Origin: Octopus vulgaris
Lineage: Eukaryota
Direction: 5' to 3'
Assembly: GCA_951406725.2 (NCBI GenBank)
Contig: OX597817.1
Span: 51,274,001 to 51,338,000 of the forward strand
Length of the DNA stretch: 64,000 bases
Numbering within the stretch: the first letter of the stretch is position 1; each line of letters begins with the position of its first letter. The translations under genes were made by a program, and so were the position numbers. The notes beneath the pieces were generated by a model. It worked only from the letters and a program-made list of their open reading frames with translations, was not told where the DNA came from and searched no databases. This document shows positions 1 to 13,021 of this stretch, in pieces.

Positions 1-228
1 ATATATGCGTGTGTGTGTTTGTGTGTCTGTATTTGTCCCCCTAGCTTTGCTTGACAACCGATGCTGGTGTGTTTATGTCCCCGTTACATTAGCGGTTCGG
101 CAAAGAGGCCGATAGAATAAGTACTGGGCTTACAAAAGAATAAGTCCCGGGGTCGATTTGCTCGATTAAAGGCGGTGCTCCAGCATAGCCGCAGTCAAAT
201 GACTGAAACAAGTAAAAGAGTAAAAGAT
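1..228 (+). mobile_element. SINE-A 3' half
   Basis: TGACAACCGATGCTGG...GGCGGTGCTCCAGCAT...GACTGAAACAAGTAAAAGAG tail shared with many copies. Confidence 0.85.
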
Positions 229-329
229 GATAGATAGATAGATACATACATACATACATAGATACATACAGAGGTAGATAGATACATACATACATACATA
301 CAAAGATGGATAGATACATACATACAGAA

Positions 330-414
<85 letters not shown>

Positions 415-1197
415 AGTTTGAAGTAAGATTTACTTAAATATATTAACTATAATATTTTTTAAAAAAAACGAAAAACAGAACGACACCTAAAGTTTTTGAA
501 ATGGAGTTCTCAAATCACGTGCGTAAGTGGATTCATTGTTGAAGTTTTCGAAAAAATTGAGCAAAGAAAATGCTTACACACAATATGAAATATTCATACC
601 AAAAAGTTAGTGTATGTTGTTTCCCATGTTGGTGGGGTTTTTTTTTCTTTTTATAACAGTAAGTTTTTAAGAAAATCGTTCTTGAAATACAGTGACAGTA
701 TAAGGTATTTTTTACAAAATCTTTTAAATATGTGTTTCTGTGTGTGTGCGTGTATGTGTGTAGATAAATGCATAGATATACATAATATACATATGTGCAT
801 ATATACATAACTTCATGTGTTGTTTTACTCATAGTTGTGTGGTGTGGGACCATGCGATGTATCAGCATTGTCTCTGCGACAACCCTTTCCCAACCCAACG
901 CATGGGTTTGTTTAAATAGTGGTACCTGATGAGGGTTTAACGAGGTGGGAATGCAAGCCCTACTTCATCCACTTTTAGTTGCCTTTTACGACACGCATAT
1001 AAAACGTTGGTTCTGTTCGTTGCCATGCCCGTCCTCACAGAGTACTAGAAAAACGTGAAATGTAGTGTATTGCTCAAGAACTCAACACGCCGTCCAGCCC
1101 GGGGAGCAAGCACACGATCAGGCAATCATGAGTGCAAAACTTTAACCACTAGGCCACGCACTGTTCACAGCACGGCACAATATTGGCAAAGACATAT

Positions 1198-1796
1198 ATT
1201 TCTTTATTTCCCACAACGAGCTAAACATAGAGGGGTCAAACAAGGACAGACATGGGAATTAAGTCGATTACATCGACCCCAGTGCGTAACTGGTACATTA
1301 TATATCGACCCTGAAAGGATGAAAGATAAAGTCGACCTCGGCGGAATTTGAACTCAGAACATAACGGCAGACGAAATACCTATTTCTTTACAACCCACAA
1401 GGGGCTAAAAACAGAGAGGACAAACAAGGACAGACAAAGGGATTAAGTCGATTACTTCGACCCCAGTGCGAAACTGGTACTTTATTTAATCGACCCCGAA
1501 AGGATGAAAGGCAAAGTCGACCTCGGCGGAATTGGAACTCAGAACATAACGGCAGACGAAATACCTATTTCTTTACTACCCACAAGGGGCTAAACACAGA
1601 GAGGACAAACAAGGACAGACAAAGGGATTAAGTCGATTATATCGACCCCAGTGCGAAACTGGTACTTTATTTATCGACCCGGAAAGGATGAAAGGCAAAG
1701 TCGACCTCGGCGGAATTTGAACTCAGAACAACGGCAAACGAAATACGGCTACGCATTTCGCCCGGCGTGCTAACGATTCTGCCAGCTCGCCGCCTT
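1198..1796 (-). mobile_element. SINE-B: head plus three tandem units of about 185 bp
   Basis: GTCGACCTCGG recurs at 1331, 1516 and 1700. Head AAGGCGGCGAGCTGGCAGAA. Degenerate TSD of about 15 bp. Confidence 0.88.
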
Positions 1797-2384
1797 AAAT
1801 TGGCCAAGATATAATGTAGTTATTAAAACGGCTCCCGAAATGTAGTGGGGGGAAAAAAACATTGACGAAATATACAAAATGATTGTGAAAGAGAATAAGT
1901 ATATGTGTCTGGCGCAGATTGGAACCTAAGAAAAAATCTTTAATATCGACTGCTTTCAATGTCTCTGCAAATTAACATCATCGTTAATAATATTGACGAT
2001 AGCAACAACAACAATAGCAACAATAACACCATTGTGTTACTGTGAATGAACTGCCAAATTATGAGATAAGAAACTAAGAAAAAGGAAATAACAAAAAAAA
2101 AATGAAAATTAAATAAAAGAACAAAATACCAAAGCAATTATTGGTTATTTATTCTTAATTATATATTTTGGTAAAGTGTCACGAATACTACCAGTATGTT
2201 CTTTCGCTAATTTGACTGACACGTTCTTGTATTTTTTTTGCTGTTTTTTATTTTGTTTTTTTGTATAAGTTTTTATGGCTGTTTTCGTAGGAAATCGTTA
2301 TTATTATTCTTATTATAAACATGAGTAGTTATTATAACGCTGTTAATACCATTGTTGTGGTCGATGTTCTTGTTGTTGATTATT

Positions 2385-2541
2385 GTGATGATGATGATGA
2401 CGATGGTGATGACGAAGATGATGATGAGGAGGAGGAGGATGAAGATGATGGTGATGATGATGATGGTGATGATGGTGATGATGGTGATGATGGTGATGAT
2501 GATGATGATGAGTATGATAATGATGAGTATGATGGTGATGG

Positions 2542-2572
<31 letters not shown>

Positions 2573-2575
2573 AAT
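2385..2575. repeat. (GAT)n/(GGT)/(GAG) trinucleotide repeat
   Basis: Direct inspection. Confidence 0.95.
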
Positions 2576-3336
2576 GTGCTGCAAAAAGAAAACCCAAGTC
2601 GTGTAGGATTGAATAGACTTGAAAAATTAATATTTTGCTTTCTAACGTAAATATTCTTAGCAGTTTTCTTTCCTTTTGTCCTGTCTTCTCAATTCTTTTA
2701 CCCTACTCGTATCTCCTACCCCTATTAATTCTTCTCCTCTTACCACTGCTATTTTTTTCTAATTCATCAAATCTTCCTGATTCTATTAATATTAGATAAA
2801 CTTCATTCTCATTCTTTCCCTCCTCCCCCACCATCGTTCTGCCCAAAACTAGACTCTTATCAAAACATATGAAAAAAAAAAGCATCACCTTCTTTGAATT
2901 ACCATCAGCCCACACCACGTCTAAGTCCACTACTGTCATTTCGGTCATTCTTCCCTTAATCTACCTTCTTCTCATCACCGGCGTCATTTTCATCCGCATC
3001 ATATTAAATGGAGCCATCTCCCAAGGGCAATGTTTTCACACTTGTATAGAATAGCACCATCACTTTTGTAGGAACGTGCAGAAAATGGGAAAAGTCATAG
3101 AATTAAGTGTTCAAACAGACATAGTTCCAGGCAGGCAGTGTAGTGTATGATCAAGTTGAGACAGAGACAGTCTTCGTATCCGCTGAACATTCAAATATGA
3201 TGCACTGGTTTTGTACCAAAATGTAAAACCTATATTAACTGGATGACGAACATAGTATTATAGGACTTGTTGATTGGTGAAAGGTGTATAAATAATTACG
3301 TATTGAAGTTTAATTTATGTAGAGGCGTAGTTAATA

Positions 3337-3603
3337 TTTATTTCTTTATTGCCCACATGGGGCTAAACATAGAGGGGACAAACAAGGACAGACAAAAGGT
3401 TTAAATCGATTGCATCGACCCCAATGCGTAACTGGCACTTATTTAATTGACTTATGTTCTGAATTCAAAATTCGCCAAGGTCGACTTTGAATTTCATCCT
3501 TTCGGGGTCGATTAAATAAGTACCAGTTGCATACTGGAGTCGATCTAATCGACTGGCCCCTCCCCCAAAATTTCGGGCCTTGTGCCTAGAGTAGAAAAGA
3601 ATA
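3337..3603. mobile_element. SINE-B with 5' inversion
   Basis: 3337-3451 is antisense and 3452-3603 is sense. Confidence 0.75.
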
Positions 3604-4108
3604 TTAAAATGCGGAAGGATTTACTGTAATAGTGAGTGACAAATATTTCAGGTAGAATTTGTTAAATATGACAGCACATCAAAATACCTATTGCCCAGGT
3701 GGGGAGTACACCTTTCATTCGATAAGTGGTACACATTTGCATAAACACCTGATAGTTGGCTACCAAAGACAATTTAGCTGTCTTCTTCATCTAAATAATA
3801 CGCATTTAATCTCCATATAAAATGTTCTTTTCCTACATCCGTGTCTTTAACTTTCCCAGTAAAATTATTCACATTTCCATTGATAAACATTAACCTCTCT
3901 TGATCACATTCATGTATTTTGGGTTCCCATTAAATTGCAACACCTTCAAACTCTTTGTATAATGAGACTTTAATATCAAAATTATGAGGAACAAGCACAA
4001 AGCCACGGAGTATGAGTTCTATATCCTGACTGAAGGGTAATTTTGAGAAAGCTATTTTCTCACTAGGTTCCTCATTTTGTGATACTAATTTCAAGTTATC
4101 ACGGCTAT

Positions 4109-4435
4109 GGTCACCTGACTAATGTTTGTCCGAAAGGTCACCAGACCAATGTTTGTGCGAAAGGTCACCAGACAAATGTTCTCCGAAAGGTTACCAGACC
4201 ATTGTTTGTTCGAAAGTTCACCAGAGCAGTTTTTGTCCGAAAGGTCACAAGACCAACGTTTGTCCGAAAGGTCACCAGACCATTGTCTGTGCGAAAGGTC
4301 ACCAGACCAATGCCTGTCCGAAAGTTCACCCGACCAATGCTTGTCTGAAATGTCACCATACCAATGTTTGTCCGAAAGGTCACCAGACCAATGTTTGTCC
4401 GAAAGGTCACCAGACCAATGTTTGTCCGAAAGGTC
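4109..4435. repeat. 27-bp minisatellite, about 12 copies
   Basis: Unit GGTCACCAGACCAATGTTTGTCCGAAA, head-to-tail with no spacers. Confidence 0.95.
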
Positions 4436-4480
4436 TGTTAACTGTTCTTGCTTTTTTTAAAAAAAATACTTTACTCTATA

Positions 4481-4900
4481 GATGCAGGTGTGGCTTGTAA
4501 GAAGTTTGCTTCCCAACCACATGGTTCCGGGTTCAGTCCCACTGCGTGGCACAATGGGCAATATCTTCTATTATAGCCTCGAGCTAACCAAAGCCTTGTG
4601 AGTGGAACTGAAAGAAGCCAAATTATTTATGTGTGTATGTGTGTGTGTGTGTGTGTGTGTGTTTGAGCGTGTGTGTTTGTGCGTGTGTGATTGTTTGTCC
4701 CCCATCAACATTTGACAACCACTAAATTACGGAGACGTAAACAACTCCTACGTAACTTAGAAGTACGCCAAAAGAGATTGACAGAATAAGTACCAAGCTT
4801 AGAGACAATATGTACCGAGGTCGATTTATTCGACTAAAAATTCTTCAAGGCTGCACTCCAGCACGGTCGCTCTCCAATGACTGAAACCAGTAAAAGATAA
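4481..4900 (+). mobile_element. SINE-A (tRNA head, CORE-like segment, internal microsatellite, LINE-like tail)
   Basis: B box GGTTCAGTCC, internal (TG)n and the family tail. Confidence 0.8.
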
Positions 4901-5052
4901 ATTATCACTTTACCTGTGCTATACATTTTTGACAATGCTGATATTATTTCTAAAGCTTGATGCAGCATTCACACGCTCCTATGTTATACGCTTATACTCT
5001 CATGAGACTTTTCCAACGATCCATGGCATGCATATAAAGCACACGCCATATT

Positions 5053-5285
5053 TATTTCTATACTACCCACAAGGGGCTAAACCCAGAGTGGACAAACAAG
5101 GACAGACAATGTAATTAAGTCGATTACGTCGACCCCAGTGCGTAACTGGTACTTAATTTATCGACCCCGAAAGTATGAAAGGCAAAGTCGACTTCGACGG
5201 AATTTGAACTCGGAACGTAACAACAGACGAAATACGGCTACGCATTTTGCCCGGCGTGTTAACGTTCCTGCCAGATCGCCGCCTT
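5053..5285 (-). mobile_element. SINE-B monomer with 15-bp TSD
   Basis: AGCACACGCCATATT at 5038-5052 and 5286-5300. Confidence 0.9.
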
Positions 5286-6362
5286 AGCACACGCCATATT
5301 ATTATAGTTTCAACATCAAACTCAGATATAACATATTGTAAGCCGCAGCTTCACCGATTCGTGATATATAGATTACCGCGCATATTTTCTCTCAAGATAT
5401 CGCTATAATAGCTCGTGTTCAAGTTATGTGTATTCAAATATGGATTTATAGCCCTTAAACAATTTCATCAGATATATTTCATCCCTATAAATGAACCCTA
5501 TAGCAGGAAACTATACGAGAAAATCTAAGACTAACTGAAATGAATTGCTCTTTTAGACTTAGAAAAGATTTAATTTTGTATGTAATTTTATGCTTTCATA
5601 TCTGAGCTGAAACACGGTAAAATATAAACTAAAAAGTTTAATTAACACATTTTTTTTCAGCCAGAAGTAGAACATTCTAGGAAATAGATACGATACAACA
5701 CAAAACTTAGTCTATAATAAAATCTCACGTAATTACCATAAGAGACACGATGAAATATGTAGCAAAGAAAAAAGAGAGAGAGTAAAGTAGATACTTCGCC
5801 AAACGTTATCATGTATATCCATTAACATTAAGAAAATGTTACTGATGTTAGTCTTATCTATTAAATGCTAGATAATAAAATAATTGAATAATTGCAACAA
5901 AATAAGATGTTTCTAGAACAAAAATATTAATGCTATAAAACCACTGAACAGAGCCTGCCAAGTAGAAACAATAGTCTGAGGTAGAGAGCACTTTTATGAA
6001 AATAATCTATTCGCGAAAACGTTACATAAATATGAGAGAAGAAAAATTTACGCAAAAATGATTTATTGTCATACATATTCCGTTCAGAAAATAAATAACG
6101 AAAGGCAAAAAAAGAAGTCTTTCCTGCTAATTTTTGAAATTATGAGTTCTTCGACAGATAGAATTAAATGTTAAATCCTGCAAAGATCTAGATTCAATCA
6201 AGTTTTTAAAAACTGCGCAACCTCAGCATAGAAAAGAGGGAAAAATTCTCATCAATCTTTACAAACCAAATTCTTATTTAATCACTACAATTGAAGAAAA
6301 TGCAGACGTTATGAAAAGTACATACTGTACAACTCGAAAGCATATCATACATAAAACAAGGA

Positions 6363-6445
<83 letters not shown>

Positions 6446-6824
6446 CTAGCAGTATCGCCCGGCGTTGCTCAGGTTTGTAAGGAAATAACTATAAAGCATT
6501 TTTAGAGAGTTATAGCCAAAAAATAGCAAAAAAATGGAAAAAAATGATGGTAAATTTTTTTGAGAGTGAAAAAGGTGGAGTTGCGTCCCCTAGACGGTCC
6601 GTGGTTTGGGTTTCTGATTCTCGACCCCATGTCGAATTTATCGATTTTTTCAGAACTGGGGGAACTTTTCAAAATTTTCGCTGCGTTAGTTTTGAATTAT
6701 GATATTGGGCTATGTGTGTGTCAAGTTTCATCAGAATCGGTTGAAAGCCGTGGTCAGAGTGAGGGTACGAGAAAACAGACACACAGAAAACGCACAGACA
6801 AACTGCCGTTTATATAGAGAGAGA
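6446..6824 (-). mobile_element. Non-autonomous Helitron inserted in (TA)n
   Basis: Minus strand begins A|TC and ends with a GC-rich hairpin (CCTGAGCAACGCCGGG) about 8 nt before CTAG|T. No TSD. Confidence 0.75.
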
Positions 6825-7362
6825 TATACAATTATTTGATATTGTTTTACAGTACATTTATCTGCTCTTTCCTCTTCTGAATGTCTCTCTTTCAACTACT
6901 TTATTTTTGTAAAGAAAAAAAATGTCCGTCTTTTATCTTCTCTGGTCACGACGCCTACTAACGTTAGGCAACGAAATAGATTAATCTCCCACAAGCTCTC
7001 TTAACTTTTGCAAGGAATTTTTTATACATAAACTTCAAACAATTTGCAGTTTTCTTTTTGACGACGCCATTAATATCACGATTATAGGAAACTCACTCGC
7101 AGCATTCGACGTCTTTATCATTCAATTAGAACAAAGTGTAGTATTGAAATATTTTCTTATGAAATAATCTTCATTATTTTATAGTAAATGATGTATAAAT
7201 GGAGTCCACACGATAATCGAGATCTTTGTGGAATTATAATATATAATAAATGTATAATAATAATATATATAATGATATAATATTACTACTACGGCACCCC
7301 GTCGGTTACGGCGACGAGGGTGTCAGTTGATCCAATCAATGGAACAGCCTGCTCGTAAAATT

Positions 7363-8162
7363 GTTTGCTACTCTAAACACAAGGGTCAAAAATTTTAGGG
7401 AGGGGGCCAGTCGATAAGATTGACCCCAGTGCGTAACTGGTACTTATTTAATCGACCCCGAAAGGATGCAAGGCGAAGTCGACCTTGGCGGAATATGAAC
7501 TCAGAACGTAAACACAGACGAAATATCTATTTCTTTACTACCCACAAGGGGCTAAACACAGAGAGGATAAATAAGGACAGCCAAACGGATTAAGTCGATT
7601 ATATCGACCCGAGTGTGTAACTGGTACTTATTTAATCGACCCCGAAAGGATGACAGGCAAAGTCAACCGCGGCGGAATTTGAACTCAGAACGTTAACGGC
7701 AGACGAAATACCGCTAAGCATTTCGCCCGGAGTGGTAACGTTTCTTATTTCTTTACTGCCCACAAGGGGCTACACACAGAGGGGACAAACAAGGACAGAC
7801 AAACGGATTAAGTCGATTATATCGATCCAAGTGCGTAACTGGTACTTATTTAATCGAACCCGAAAGGATGAAAGGTAAAGTCGACCTCGGTGGAATTTGA
7901 ACTCTGAACGTAAAAGCAGACGAAATACCTATTTTTTACTACCGACAAGGGGCTAACACAGAGAGGACAAACAAGGACAGACAAACGGATCAAGTCGATA
8001 ACATCGACCCCAGTGCTTAACTGGTACTCAATTTATCGACCCCTGAGAGGATGAGAGGCAAAGGTCAACCTCGGCGGAATTTGAACTCAGAACGCAACGG
8101 CGGACGAAATACCACAAAACATTTCGCTCGGCGTGCTAACGATTCTGCCAGCTCGCCCTCTT
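7363..8162 (-). mobile_element. SINE-B multimer nested in another SINE (7290-8445)
   Basis: Four units; 17-bp TSD AGCCTGCTCGT(A/G)AAATT. Confidence 0.88.
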
Positions 8163-8488
8163 AGCCTGCTCGTGAAATTAACGCGCAAGTGGCGGAGCAC
8201 TTCACAGCCACGTATACCCTTACCGTAATTCTCGGGGTAATTCAGCACAGAGTGTGGAAAGGCTGGCACTTTGAAATACAAGAACAGAAACAGGAAGAAA
8301 GAGTGAGACAAAGTTGTGTTGAAAGAGTATTGCAAGCTTCACCACCACCTCCTGCTGAGTCCACGTGGAGCTTTAAGTGTTTTCGTTCAATAATCATTAA
8401 CGACGCCCGGTCTGGGAATCGAAACCGCGAGTCTGCTGCCCTAACTACAGACACAAAGGCACACACGCATAAATATATATACACACAC

Positions 8489-8536
<48 letters not shown>

Positions 8537-8545
8537 GTATGTATA

Positions 8546-8594
<49 letters not shown>

Positions 8595-8600
8595 GTATAT

Positions 8601-8817
8601 ACTCTTACTCTCTTTTACTCTTTTACTTGTTTCAGTCATTTGACTGCGGCCATGCTTAGCACCGCCTTCAGTCGATCAAATCGACCCCGGGACTTATTCT
8701 TTGTAAGCCCAGTACTTATTCTATCGGTCTCTTTTGCCGAACCGCTAAGTGACGGGGACGTAAACACACCAGCATCGGTTGTCAAGCAATGCTAGGGGGA
8801 CAAACACAGACACACAA

Positions 8818-8878
<61 letters not shown>

Positions 8879-9036
8879 TACGACAGGCTTCTTTCAGTTT
8901 CCGTCTACCAAATCCACTCACAAGGCATTGGTCGGCCCGGGGCTATAGCAGAAGACACTTGCCCAAGATGCCACGCAGTGGACTGAACCCGGAACCATGT
9001 GGTTGGTTAGCAAGCTACTTACCACATAGCCACTCC
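8601..9036 (-). mobile_element. SINE-A full length
   Basis: A/B boxes, CTTGGGCAAGTG CORE-like motif, internal (TA)n(TG)n and (GTAAAAGA) tail. Confidence 0.88.
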
Positions 9037-9214
9037 ATATACATATTCACGACGGGTGTCTTTCAGTTTGCATCTACCAAATCCACTCACAAGGCCTTGG
9101 TTGGCGCGAGACTGTAGTAGAAGACACTTGCCCAAAGTGCAACGCAGTGGGACTGAAACTGGAACTATGTGGTTAGGAAGAAAGCTTCTCAACACAGAGC
9201 CACGCCTGTGTTAA

Positions 9215-9725
9215 GTCATTGTTGTCCGTTCTGATGAAAACTTTGTCAAAAAAGAAATGAAGATATTGTCAAAATACAAAAAATCCTCGGAATTGAAGTA
9301 TTCAAAATGTGGTAAAAACAATAGCAATAATAACCAGAGTATTGGGCATGCTAAAATATCATATGAACAAAAATGTAGAAGCTATACATGGAACCTCAAC
9401 ACCACACATTGTCTTAAAAATAGCCCTGCTAGGAACAATCCACATCCTACGTAAGACACTATCAATCCAATAATACAACCTAAACAAAACAACCCTAAAA
9501 TACAAAATACACTGTATACAGTATTTCCCCAGTAAAATAAACTCCCACCAGCAAGCTAGGAAACCAAAGCATCAACACACAATACAAGCAGTAACAAGTT
9601 AAAAGACAGTACCACACATCAAGGAACAAAAAAGACTACCACAATACACTACCGGGAAGGGTTTGCACACTTCTAACAGCAGAAAAGAACTCACAGTTGC
9701 CTACATCTTCCAAATATTGATCAGT

Positions 9726-9728
<3 letters not shown>
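9215..9728 (+). mobile_element. Older R4/Dong-like 3' fragment
   Basis: Degenerate homology to 9840-10090 (KEMKILSKYK..., CACATCCTAC), then a different 3' UTR ending at (AAT)n. Confidence 0.62.
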
Positions 9729-9781
<53 letters not shown>

Positions 9782-9782
9782 T

Positions 9783-10186
9783 GAGGCCCATAGGCCAGAT
9801 ATAGTTGTCAGAGATCATGAAGAAAAATGCTTTCTAATTGCTGTATCAAAACCAGTAGATGACAACGTTTCTCTTAAAGAAATGAAGAAACTTTCAAAAT
9901 ACAAAGACTTGGAAATAGAGGTAACTCGAATGTGGAATCTAAAAACAGAAGCATAGTGGGCGCATTAGGTATGATAAAAAATATTCAGACAAATACATAA
10001 AAACACCAGGACTTACAAACACATATAACATACAGAAAATAGCACTACTCGGCACTGCACACATCCTACCTAAAAGAATTTCAATACAGTAAAAATAAGA
10101 GCATCACAGCAAAACATAGCACATGCCTAAGGCACACAGAGCTGCACTAGGTAGTGCAGTAAAAGCACGTTATAAAACTAAAACTA

Positions 10187-10190
<4 letters not shown>
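9783..10190 (+). mobile_element. R4/Dong-like LINE 3' fragment (restriction-like endonuclease) with (TAA)n tail
   Basis: HRPDIVVRD...KEMKKLSKYKDLEIEVTRMW...GALG REL motifs, flanked by (AAT)n on both sides. Confidence 0.82.
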
Positions 10191-10250
<60 letters not shown>

Positions 10251-12454
10251 CCAACATGAACTTCTAACTTGTCTCTTGGGGTCTCTGGGTGAGACTTGGA
10301 GCCAGCTTGTGCAAATGTAAAGCAAAAGTCAAACAATAATAATAATGATAATAATAATAATGAAGAAGAAGAAAACAAATGCAACTTATCAGAATATTGA
10401 TGATATAGGCTTAAGTTATGTATAAGTCATTTTACTTTTATTATTTATGACTAATAAAAGTAAGATATGTTGTTTGTATAAATATTTCGCAGTATGAAAC
10501 ATTGTAGATTCCACATCGCCAAGATCGAGCAAACTGGTACCTAATCAAAAAAGAGTTGCAGATAAAACATGAAACCAATAAATCGCTTCAACAGAAAGAA
10601 GTAACCATACTGCGTCATAGTTTATAGTAACGTTATTTTGCCAAGAACGAGACTAACCCACCAGTGCATAACTTTGATGTATAAATACATTTGAAGCTAA
10701 GAGTGTAGCTTATTTACAAAAATAACATTTTTAAAACCATGTAGATATATAACATATAAAGAACTTAAAAGAGAAAATGTGAAATGATAATAAATACAAC
10801 GAACAAAGAAAACATACATTACTATGCTAGCAAGTAAGGAAAGTCAACACAAAACAACTAAGCAGGAAAAAATAATACCTTTGAGTATTTACATCAATAG
10901 GGAAAATATACAATGTAAGCAAATGGGAGGGAGGCATGAATCACAATAAAATCCTACCCCAGCATACCTTTACCTACAAAGACATTTAAATATAGATATA
11001 TTCTAAGCAAAGAAATATCAAATGCCAGGAATTTCAGTATGATTATTAATATAAATATGGAAATATTCCAATAATTAAAATTGATATGTCGTCTTATGGA
11101 CTAGCGAAATAAGCCTTCTAAATTTATATAAAGAGTACATATAAAAAAATACTTTGACTGCAATAGAAAGACTGGAAGTTAAAATACGTAAGTATTAATG
11201 TTACCAAAGTAATTCGGCAAAATTATCGAAGTATTTTATTGATAAAGGGAAGAATGCCTCTCCTCGAAATTTCCTTTCAAAGGAATATCGAACAACAGGC
11301 AAAGAACATAGGAATCCTTCACAAAAAGAAAGATTAGCAACAAAAGGAAATTATTCTGAATCTTTAATACACTCCAACAAAAAGAACAAAAGCAGGAAGA
11401 ACGAGAACAATAAACCATCAAAGACAGAAATAGGGCAGTGAAAGTAAACAGGCAGCCACGAAAAGAATATGGTTTCTAAAAGACACAAAAGCATAAATTT
11501 CGTTACATTCGATTAGATCGTTTATAAGTTTTTACCGGTATTTTAGTTCAGAAACAAACAAAAAAATAAATAAAAAAACCGTAAGTCGATTAAGGTTGTG
11601 TAGAAATATATTAAGAAACGGTTCACTACGAAGTACTTCCAGCAAAGAATCTAGAGGAGGGAGTCGATAAAATTCATAAAATATGGAGGAAAACGGAAAC
11701 AATGAAGGCCGTACACAAGATTCATGCACAAAATGTACTCTCTTCCTTCTCTCCTCCACACTTCCATCTTTCTCCCTCGCCATTTTTATTCACAACACAC
11801 ACATACAAACACACATTCTCTTATTCTCTCTCCCTTCTCTTCCTATCTTTCTCTTTCTCCCCCTCTATTTCTCTCTCTCTCTCCCTGTGGTTCACTTTAA
11901 TTGTCTGCATGTTTCTTTTACCACGAGGACTTCTACCGTACAATGATTGAGATGAGAACTAAAATTGAAGCTCTGTTCTTTGCTCTTATGACATCAGAAA
12001 ATATTTTGCATGTGTGTGGTGTGTATATGTGTATGTGTTTTTTGTGTGTATCTATAGATAGATAGATTGATAGATAGATAGAATGAGAGAGAGAGAGAAA
12101 TGGAGCATTAATAAACAATGAGAAGTGGCTCATTGGGGTTTTATGGTGATTATGTAATGTAATTAAATAATGACTTTAAAACACCAATGATCTGCTTCTC
12201 ATTGTTAATTATTGCTCCATTTCTTTTCTTTTCTATATATATTAAACCATGGTTTTACCTTTAAATTACCTCCTACCGTATACCTTATAACAAAGACCAT
12301 ACACACTTAGGTAATACACCAGGAGTGCCTACAGATACGTCTATCCCTTAGATGGTTGCATAACCTCTAACCTATATCTTATACTATATATATATATAAT
12401 CATTTCTATATATATTCATTATATATATATTATGTTTATGTGTGTTAACATATA

Positions 12455-12547
<93 letters not shown>

Positions 12548-12578
12548 AAGACCGTTGTTGAACGCTTGAAGCATTATT

Positions 12579-12771
12579 CTTTTGTACTCTAGACATAAGG
12601 CCCAAAATTTTGAGGGAGGTGTCCAATCGATTACATCGAACCCATAAGCAACTGGTACTTAATTTATCGACCCCGAAAGGATGAAAGGCAAAGTTGTCCT
12701 CGGTGGAATTTGAACTCAGAACATAAAGAAAGACGAAATAAAGCTAAGCATTTTGCCCGGCGTGCTAACGT
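12579..12771 (-). mobile_element. SINE-B, 5'-truncated, 15-bp TSD
   Basis: GCTTGAAGCATTATT at 12564 and 12772. Confidence 0.88.
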
Positions 12772-12927
12772 GCTTGAAGCATTATTGGTGCAGAAGTAGA
12801 AAAGGAAGAAAAAAACAAAAAAATAAGGAAATCTTCTAAAATGGAGGAAATTTTTGTTCATGGATTCATTATAGCAGTCCGCTATAATGAATCCATAAAC
12901 AGATATAAAACATCCAAGGGTATAATT

Positions 12928-13021
12928 TTCACTCTGAAGATATTATGCTTAGGTCATATAAATATAAATTTAATATTTACTTAATATTTACTGGATACTA
13001 ATTGAAACAGCTGTAAGGGAA
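12928..13021 (+). ncRNA. Hammerhead-like motif with large stem II
   Basis: TTCACT-CTGAAGA-(63 nt)-GAAAC-AGCT-GTA-AGGGAA. Stem I is 5/6 paired; palindromic ACAGCTGT. Confidence 0.62.

Noticed and set aside
1198-1796. 185-bp tandem satellite
   Set aside because: These are internal units of a dispersed SINE bounded by a TSD.
2273-2650. Poly-Asp/His/Met/Ile ORFs
   Set aside because: They are translations of a (GAT)n repeat in different frames.
4109-4435. CRISPR-like periodic array
   Set aside because: Units are contiguous with no unique spacers, there are no cas genes, and the context is eukaryotic.
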